From the NCBI RefSeq assembly GCF_018350175.1, contig NC_058368.1, positions 132,372,001 to 132,436,000 on the forward strand: a stretch of DNA of 64,000 bases. The letters are read 5' to 3'. Every line of letters begins with the position of its first letter. The stretch's first letter is position 1. Made by a program: the position numbers and the translations under genes. Source of the DNA: Felis catus (Eukaryota). A model generated the notes under the pieces. It was not told the origin of the DNA and ran no database searches. It saw nothing but the letters and a program-made list of their open reading frames with translations. Of this stretch, positions 53,531 to 64,000 are shown one piece after another.

Positions 53531-54898
53531 AACAACCCTGTTTACATATTATATTTGATTTAAAATGTAACATAATGTAAAATAAGAATGCAGGTGTGAG
53601 TTACTAAGTTTGGTGGGTAAAAGTGTGATGAGAAACAAGATATTTACATAGTCTCCAAGTATCTGCTCAGAAATTCCTTATTAGTTGCCAAGGAGAAAAT
53701 AGTGACTTCAGTGGACAAACCTGGCAGATCACATCTTCAGTAATCAAAGTTAGTCAACATGGGCCATGCAGTTTCAATAGCAAGCAAAGTAAAGCAAAAA
53801 GGTATTAACAAATAGAGGGGAAAAGAATGAGAAACAGAAAGTCTTACTAAAGGATGAAGAATACATGGGCGACACTCTGCTATCCCCTTAAGTGTAGCAG
53901 AATTTCCATTTTCAACTTTATCCTCCCTTTTGACTCCTCAAACAACATGTTTCACAATTTCACAGTCACTTAATGACTCTCAAATTACTTGCTTCCAGAA
54001 TTAAATTCTTTCCTAAATTTCAGAGCTGTACTTCCCAAATGTCATTTAGACATCTTCAACCCTATTTCTTCCGATTCCTCACATTTACTATATCACACTC
54101 CTCTCCAATCCAGCGCTCCAGTGGCATTCCCTTTCTTAACTAGTGTAATTCATATACCTGTCACCCAAAAAAGAAGCCTCCACCACCTTCAATTACTTTC
54201 ACTCCTTCATCCCACACCCAGTTCAATTTTATCTCAATTTTTAAACATATTATTAAATACCTACTATGTACTATATGTCTTATTAGGAATCATACTAATG
54301 TATGGGAAGAAAACATTAGGAAGACACAAATCCTCTGCATTTTCTCTCCAAAATGTGGTTTAAATTCATTCTTTGCTGTGTATTCCCAGGGGCACAGTCC
54401 TTACATGGACCTTCATTATCTCCTCTATGTCCTAACTCCCCTTCATATCCCCATCACTCTCTGCCAGCACGTCTCACAATGGAATTGATTTTTTTTTTTC
54501 CTAAATCTCAAATTGGTTCATTTCACCATGCTGTTAAAACTATGAGTGGCATACTTAGTGTCGATGCCAAACACAGAGAGCAGCGTTGATAACTAGGAAC
54601 AGCATTTTTCTATCATATTTAATAGCAAGTGTCATTTTAATATATGAAAAGTTTCAAAACAGATTTATTTTGGATACCTTATTCTTATTCAAAAAAATTG
54701 TTTTATATATAAAGCCTAACACTGCTATGTACTCAATTCATTTTACAAATAATATAGGGTTTTAGAAATTGTCCTTACTTTGAAAGGTCAATGCAAACAT
54801 TACCAAAAGGACTATAAAAAGCAAAGGCAGCAGAAATAACAAAAAAAATAATAAGACTGTTACCTTCTCTACTTAAACCATTTCTTTATATATTATTA

Positions 54899-55432
<534 letters not shown>

Positions 55433-55794
55433 TCAAAACTATGCATCATTATATGTGAGAGGTATGAACAAAAACTGTTATATTAAACAAGATGAAGTTT
55501 AAAATCTAATGATGAATTAAGTTCCATTTATTCCTCAAAATAACATCATTTTAAAATTAGTTTGAAGGACTATTGTTCTTTTTTCTATTTATTTTTTAGT
55601 GGATTCTAAAAACTAAATTCTATAGGAAATATGGATATTTTATATTGAAATAAATAACAGTGAAAAAGTACACACATTTAAAAGCATAGAATTTAGCCTG
55701 GATAATATGTTTGTGAAAGTTATCCAAAACAGTTAATATTGAATTTCTACAGCCTTGTAGAAAAAAAAATTTTTTTTTTAATCATCAGTTGGAA

Positions 55795-56470
55795 AATACA
55801 GAAGCCACTCTGGAAAACAAGTCTGGAAGCTCCTCAGAAGGTTGAACATGGAACTGCCATCTGACCCAGTAATTCCACTCCTAGGTATTTACCCGAGAGA
55901 AATGAAAACATATCCACACAAAAACCTGTACATGACTGTTTATAGCAGCACTATTCATAATAGCCAAAAGGGAGAAATAACCTGAATATTCATCAGCTGA
56001 TGAATGAATAAATAAAATGGGGTATATTCACACAATGGAATGTTATTCTGCATAGTACTGATACATAGTATGACATGAATGAACCTTCATAATGACTGCC
56101 TTCATTATCAAAGTTAATTATCTAACATTCTAAAAATATTATACTAAGTAGAAGGGACCAGTCACAAAAGACCACATATTATATGATTCCTTTTGTATGA
56201 AGTATTCAGTAGCAATATCTCTAGAGACAGAAGTAGCCTAAGTAGGCTGCTTAGGGCTGGGGTGGAGAGTACTTTGAAGAGAGTTTGGGAATGACTATTA
56301 ATGGGCACAGGGTTTCTTTTGGAGTGTTGAAAATATTCTAAAATTGATTGTAGTAAAATTGACTGATTCTAGAATTGGTTATATGAGTCTGTGAAAATAC
56401 TATAAACCACTGAATTGTGCACTTTTAATAAGTAAATTATATATTTATTGTACTGCAGTAAAGATGTTAA
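55795..56470 (+). mobile_element. L1MB-like 3' end in the intron between exons 2 and 3
   Basis: ccactctggaaaacaagtctgg...gacccagtaattccactcctaggtatttaccc...ccactgaattgtgcacttt. Confidence 0.85.
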
Positions 56471-57490
56471 AAATTCATCAGATTGACAAAAAGAAATTTG
56501 GAGGATATTAAATATGTTTTCCTCATTTAGGTGTACTTAATATTTCCAATCTACCTTTTTAACCACATCTTTCTTTAGCGAGGTTTACAAAGGAAAACCA
56601 AATGTCTGTCCGTTGCCTCGTTGTCTATACATGGAGTTCCCAACAAATATAAACTCCCATGAGACTATGACCAAATAGAAATAAATTAAAAGACAATATT
56701 GTTCACTTCTTATAAATAAGAATTCATGCTAAATGTTATGGATTTATTAATATACTTGAGAAGCTACATTACATACATACAGGACTTCTAGACACAGACA
56801 TCAATCCAAAATAGCCTTGAAAATCTGGCTCATCTGTACCAAAAAATGATCAGTTCCTATAGATTTATGGGAGGGGAATCAAAAAGGTATTCTGCCAATA
56901 ATTCTATAAAGATTAGACGTGATGATGGAAAACAAAATGTTATTCACTCCTGGGACCTCTGTTAAGATCTTTTCTATGATATAAAGTTCAATTTCATGGA
57001 TTCAAAATCAGAGATCCATGGATTAGAGTTTGAAAAGTTGAACTTCCTACCACTTTTACTCTTTTACTCAGATTCTAGTCCTCATATCAGAATTCTTCAG
57101 TTTGGAAAGCATTTTTCCACTAAGGGTCCATTTTAGAAGGATCTTGTATCAGAATATGTCTGGTTTCTTGCTCTTTTATAATAGCATAAACCTTTGGATT
57201 TCTTTTGAACATGACCTTGCCTGTAACTCCTAGCAACAAATGAGCTTATTAAAGTTTAGGATTCAAAAGGAGAAAAGGCCTGGGTCTATTATCTTCTAAG
57301 AAAGACCAGTCAACTCTAAAATACACTGAATGCTAAATGCTAGTATAAGTTATAAACAGTCCACTTAGAGCCCTTAAGATTTATGAAACTAGCACTGAAT
57401 TGATGCAGTAGGCCTCCATTCTTATCACTATATACCCCAAAGAAAATGTTCACCCAAACTAAATATTCAGAATCTTTTCTTGTCAAATTA

Positions 57491-57907
<417 letters not shown>

Positions 57908-58515
57908 CTAGAAAAACAAAAAAAAATTATGTTAAATGAAAAATATCTTGTATGGACAGAACTATATTGCTGAATGCTTGCCAAAGGACAAAGACTACCA
58001 AATGACTTAATATAGTTAAATTAGATCATTGTTGTTCTTTATAGTCTAAATAAACATTCACAAGACTAAACAATTAGAAACCTAAATCGTAAGCAGAACA
58101 ATGCCAGAGCTACTTAATAATCAAAGAAGGAATGTGAAGTGGAATCATAAAAATTCTTTTTTTTGAACTTTGAAGAAAACAACGTGTGAGTACAGTGACT
58201 AAACGTCCTTTTGATAAAATAAAAGGTACCGTGACTTCAAAATCAAAGTTCATTATGTAAGTGATAAACAGTATATGATCCCATTCCTTAATGTGCTTTT
58301 TTAGCACACTCATATTCAGAGATTGATTTGTTGCTTTATGAGGCACTTATCATTTTTTCTTAGAGTAGATCCACAAATACATAGTGACATGTAGCAGCTA
58401 TCTGTGAACACTCAGACACTAGCACGAACTAAATTTCTAAAAATTTGAAACATATTTACTATAACCCTTGACTTTATCTAGAAGTCTTATATGACTTAAA
58501 AAGAAACACATATGA

Positions 58516-58740
58516 GGGGCGCCTGCGTGGCTCAGTCAGTTAAATGTCCGACTTCAGCTCAGGTCATAATCTCATGGTTTGTGAGTTCGAGCCCTGCATC
58601 AGGGTCTGTGCTAACTAACAGCTCAGAGCCTAGACCCTGCTTCAGATTCTGTGTCTCCTCCTCTCCCTGCCCTTCCCATGCTCATGCTCTGTCTCTGTCT
58701 CTCAATAATAAATAAATGTTAAAAAAAATTAAAAAAAAAA
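58516..58740 (+). mobile_element. CAN-SINE 0.6 kb upstream of the exon 2 acceptor
   Basis: SINE consensus; TSD aacacatatgag. Confidence 0.92.
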
Positions 58741-59582
58741 AGCAACACATATGAGACAACTTCAACTATCTAGAATGTAACTGAAAAGAAAAGAAATTCA
58801 TCTTCTGCAAAGAATTTTTAAAAATTCATTTCAGGTATCACAACAGATGTCCTATTCTATCTAATGCACCTTCCTTTTGACTCACACCCTCACTCACAGT
58901 CCATGAATTTACATTTTATACAGAACATGAGTATATGTGACTACCTGATATCCTAGAACATAGTAGTTTAGAAGAAGAAAATAGCAAAGGGACTAAGAAA
59001 CTAGCTCACTAACAGCAAAAAGTGAAAAAAAGAAAGGAAAACTAAAAATTAGTTGTAGAACCCCAACCAAAGTAATACACTTTGGAGTAGAGGCAAATGG
59101 TCCTTAACTCATATGTATATGACTGTATTATAGCTCAATATCTGATATTCAAAATACTGTCTGAGTCAGGATTTAAAGAATAAATTACTTTTACTAAGGT
59201 AACTTACTACTAGTACAGAGAAGAACACAAAAAGTATTAGAAAGATTTTCATCCCAAATTCCTAGTGTATAGGATTATATAATAAATGTTTACAAATTTG
59301 TTGGTTAAAAAAAGAGTAAATAAATGAATCACTATTTAGTGATTAAAAGAAAATCACTTCATGCATATAAAAGGATATTTGTAGTTAACTGGAAAATTAA
59401 CTTATGTAGACTACTTCATTCCCTATGGTGCTAGAAATATTGGTTATTAAAACATATAAAACAACCACAACCATTGAAAACTCTATCTGTCTCTACAAGT
59501 TATTACATTGCTGAATCTTGGAAAAACTTATTCATTAACCAACAAATATTGCTTTACTGTTTTTTTTAAGTGATGTTATAAC

Positions 59583-59775
59583 AGGGGTGCCTGGATGGCT
59601 CATTCATTTTAAGGCACCAACTCTTGATTTCAGCTCAGGTCATGATCTCAGAATGAGATTGAGCCGCTCATTGGGCTCTGTGCTGGTGGAGCCTGTTTGG
59701 GATTCTGTCTCTCCCTCTCACTATCTCCTTCTCTTTCTCTGTCCTCCCCCTTCCCCAAAATAAATAAACTTTTTA
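59583..59775 (+). mobile_element. CAN-SINE
   Basis: SINE consensus; TSD atgttata. Confidence 0.88.
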
Positions 59776-60265
59776 AAAAATGTTATAACAATATGGGGAC
59801 ACAGAATAAATCAACACAATCCTTGCCCTTCAGGAATTCATAATCCAAACAACAAAGAAAAAAATTCAAGGCAGACTGACATTATGCCATAATAAAGTTA
59901 TGAAAAAGTGTTAAGAGGAGATCAAATGAGGAAAATGATTTCTGAGTTAGAGGAGGATGGGTCAAGAAAATATTATTTAAAAAGTGGTATTTGGGATAGA
60001 CCCTGGAAGATGAACACAATTTCACAAGTGAAACTGATAGGGGCAGTCATTGCAAATTAAAGAAATAGATTCCACAAAGTCTAGATGGCAAGAAAAAAAT
60101 GGAAAATCATTTTAGGAATAATAGTAAGCTTGATTCCTATGGAGAAGACTAACAGGTATCATCTAGAAAGGTAGCTTAAGGTCAGACCAAAAATAAAGAG
60201 AACTTTAAATATATGTTACTTTTAATAATCACAACAATCTTATAAAATAGGTATTATCACCACTA

Positions 60266-60833
60266 TGTCAGGCAGCCTGCAAGATGACCCCAAAGATTCT
60301 GCCTCCTGATATCCACTTTTGTGTAATCCTCTTCCCTTGAGTAACTTGATCCTACCAATAGAATGTTGAGAAAATATCACTTCAGTGATTATATTACAAA
60401 AGATTCTGACTATCTAGTAGACTAGATTCTATCATTCTAATAGACTCTCTCCCTTATTGGCTTTGATGTAGCAAGCTGCCTTTTGGAGTAGTTCACATGG
60501 CAAGCCACTGAGAGTGGCCTTTACATAACCACTAGCAAGGAACTTAGGCCCTCAATGTAATAGCCTGTGAGAAACTGAATCCTACCCACTAATAGGTGAG
60601 TTTAGAAGCAGATCCCTCCCCAGTCAAGCATTCTCTGATGATCTGAGTCCTTGCCAGCATCTTGACTGCAGCTTCATTGAAAGATGCAGCTTCAAGAAAG
60701 CACAGGACAAAGCTAAGCCATGCCCAGTTTCCTGAACCACAGAAACTGTGAGATAATAAATGTGTGTTGTGTTAAGCCACCAAATTTATGGTGACTTTTT
60801 TTGCTTTGTTTTGCAAGAATTGATAACTAATGC
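60266..60833 (+). mobile_element. MaLR solo LTR (MLT1-like) in intron 1
   Basis: TG...CA ends; ccacagaaactgtgagataataaatgtgtgttgtgttaagccac...gataactaatgca. Confidence 0.85.
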
Positions 60834-63800
60834 AGCTCTCAGCTTACAGATAAAGCAGTTGAAGCTCATAGTGGTCAGATAGTGAAAAAACAGCAGAGGC
60901 AAGAGTCATACAGAAGGTAATCTGTCTCTAAAGTCTAAATTCTTTGTACCATATCATACGTACAATTTAAGGCACTCTAACTTAAATATTCAATAGCAGT
61001 TCCATAAAACCACTGTTAAATAATACATTCATAATAAATGGTATTAATTAATGTGAATAATTTTAAGCAACTTTATACACAATAATTGTTTCATCTCAAA
61101 ATTTTACCTACAATGATTTAGGCAAGACATATGCTTACTCAAGCAAAAATCTATAGAGAGATTAAGTCACACCATTAGTCAATAGCAGTAAAGAAAAGAA
61201 TCTAGTTATCTTGATTCCTAATCTACTTAAATACAGTTTCCATACTCCAAACCTTCCCATGAGATATTGAAGTATAACTGTCACTTCTTGAACAAGATTC
61301 ATCCTTCAGGGCTTTAATTTTTTTCAGAGCGTTTTGCCTAACAATGTCTGACATTAAATGAGAACCTCATATGCCTTAATTTTTCTTTAAGGAATATATA
61401 ATTAACACATTTGAATTCATTTTCTATTAGTGGTGATATATTTGTATGAACCCTTCATTCTTTTTTCCCATTTTTCTGGGCTCAGAAACAGAGTTGTCTG
61501 GGTTTAGGGAACAACTATTTTGCCCTTGAGAAATTTCCTGCTCTTCAGTTTTGTAACCTCCACTCTTACAATTATTAGCACTGTCCAGTAAACGCCCAAG
61601 TTAAGTAAGCCAGTAGCAATGAGAGAAAAAGTAATATGTAACTACTTGGCCAGAAGTAGACTAACATTTGATTTAAGGACTTGTAGTAAAAAGCACATTT
61701 GGTGCATAGTAGAAAGAGCAGGAGCTTCAAAGTTAAACCAAAGCGACAATCTTGTTTCCACCCCTAGCCACAGTATCTGGCACATGGGCACCCAATAAAT
61801 GTGAGTTTCTTTCTCCTTTCTTAAACGCTCCCTCACTCCCCACCTCAGGTGCCAGTGAAGGAACTTAAATAGTAAATAAATGAATTGGCCCAAGCTCAAC
61901 TAAAATCAACAACAACTAACATATCAACCTCTCTTAGTTACCTACACAATAAAAATGAATGGTTAACCTACTTTCTGACACCTGCTGGAGAGGTTAATCT
62001 GGATATTATAAACAAATATGGATAAGCAATGACTTTTTCAAATATAGTTTCCAAAATTCACACTAACATTAAAATATTACATAATTGTCATAAATCATAA
62101 TGTATTAACTCTTTACATTATATAGGAGAAGTGTTACTGTGTTGTGTAAAGCACAAAGGCTTTGAGTCCTGGCTTGACTCCAAGTTACTTAACCTCTCTG
62201 GATCTATTTCCTCATCAATAAAGCCATGATAATGGTATCTACTTTACAAAGACTTGTGAAGAGATTAAATTAGATTACACATGATATAAACTGTCCACAC
62301 ACTTCCCTTTAATGGCTAAATAAATATTAGCCCCCTCTCCTCCCTATCTGACTCATCACTTTTCAAAGGCCTTCCTTCAAATATAGTTTCATGTTCCTCT
62401 TTCCCACCAATGTGTGGAATACTTAAATATAATGACAGAAATCAATCAATTCTATTGTATTGTCTTTTAGAGCAAATAATAAAGAATTTAGGTCATGATA
62501 ACTGGGCTTACAAATATTTTAAATTTGAAAACTTCCGTTTTACTTTGATTTCACATATGTTCTTTTCCCTAACACAAATGTACCAGCCAATAAAGTTAAG
62601 GGATCACTTACCTGCTTCCACAGATCAAAGCTATACCAGCTAAGTAGAAATCAGATCAGACAACTTGCTCTACAGTGACTCCTTTAGTAGTCTCCCTAGT
62701 TGAAGGGTACTTACTTGTCTTTTTCCTCTATCATCTTTGCTTCCTACTCAAGGGATCTGGGAATAGCCAAGGTAATAATTTCCTCTCATGAACTATTATT
62801 ATGGAGCTAAAGAACATGTACAACATCCTACGCAACTTCTTTCATCCATTTTAACTCTGGTTGTTTATTTTAAGGCTGATTTGGTCTTCACAGAGGAACC
62901 AACAATACTATGCTCCCTTCGCATATTTAACTTTTATATGTGAAAATTAACTTCTCATCTGCCATTTATTCTCTCAACAAACATTTAGTGTTATCTACTC
63001 AATGCCAAGGATACTGCTAAGCTGTAAGTACAAAGGTTCCCAGATCATTTATAAACTTTGTGAGATTAGTTTCCAAAAGTATAATTAAACACACTCAAAA
63101 CTTACCTATCAAGAAAAGCAAATGCGCCAAAAGCAAAAACACAAAACATCATTCTACAAAAATCAAGCCCTAAATCACATATAGTCCCAAACTGTTTTTT
63201 TTCCAGATGGAAAGTTAAATATATATTATCTGTATTATAACTTTTCTCCTGAAAAATAGAAACACTTTTTCTTCTGAGGCTATTACAAAATGTTAATAAT
63301 CAAGTGTCTTTTTGGTAGAGCCAAGAGAGCTATCCACCTTTTCCACCTTTTCTTCTTACCCCAAGAAGGTGCTATTAACTTTCTTAATATGTTAGCTGTC
63401 TTTATTTTCTCATAAAAGTCATATACAGGGTAGGATTTGGCATAGAGGTCCATCTTAAACCACTAGTAGCTACTAGTGGTTGCTAAGGAAATGAAGAGGA
63501 AGTGGTAAGAGTAGACAAGAGTAGAAATTAATCTTAAACATAGTGGCCCAGACACGAAGAGTATTAAAATATTTCAAGTCTTGAGGTTAGAGGTTTTTCC
63601 CCTTGAGTATCACCAAAATATTAATACCACAAAGAGAGATTTCATTTGCTGCCATTTGTGGCAGATGAATGAATTTGATTTGTTTGAAATCAAGTTATTT
63701 CCCTCTATATGCTATTCTACAAAAATACAAAACACCAATGATCATTTTTAAGCATGAAATTAATATAAACCAGAAATGTAGTTACCACTTTGGTGAGACA

Positions 63801-64000
63801 CAGGAAAACAATTATTTCCAAAATTAATTTTCTCAATTTCCTTCAACTACACCAGTTTTATGTTACATTTCTTTCCGTCATGAATTTAGAAAACTGTCAT
63901 TCGTACATTTTGGTCTAATCAACATAAGCTACAAACAGAAAGAAAGAAACAAAAGAAAAAAAAAGGGAAAAAAAACGAAAATCAGCACAAGAAATTTGAA

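Noticed and set aside
57908..64000. ADAMTS6 promoter or exon 1
   Set aside because: No CpG island or clear start signal is visible; probably outside the window.

Overview
AT-rich mammalian genomic DNA. The abundant tRNA-derived CAN-SINEs of the feline type and carnivore L1s point to a cat (Felidae). The window carries the 5' part of ADAMTS6 on the minus strand as six exons with canonical GT-AG boundaries that splice in frame: 57532-57907 (279 nt 5'UTR plus ATG at 57628), 54971-55335, 45109-45277, 35692-35903, 35101-35184 and 34456-34601. Together they encode aa 1-357: signal peptide, prodomain, furin sites and the first half of the metalloprotease domain. The first exon/promoter and the zinc-binding and downstream exons are not seen, so 1-34455 is part of one long intron. 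The rest is intronic repeat (about 45 CAN-SINEs, L1, L2, MIR, MLT1 LTRs, hAT relics, microsatellites). The most interesting reading is that back-splicing the last exon to the first (a 1352-nt circle) puts the CDS in frame with the only long stop-free frame of the 5'UTR, predicting a 411-aa secreted, zinc-site-less ADAMTS6 isoform with a unique 53-aa tail. Other observations: a uORF-packed UTR, three sites re-used by successive SINE insertions, an approximately 940-bp inversion that splits an L1, a SINE-L1 chimera, an internally deleted L1, a 110-bp dispersed duplication and an AT palindrome. No prokaryotic-type systems are present. Exon numbers and repeat family names come from recognition or recall, not from a search, and repeat boundaries are approximate.
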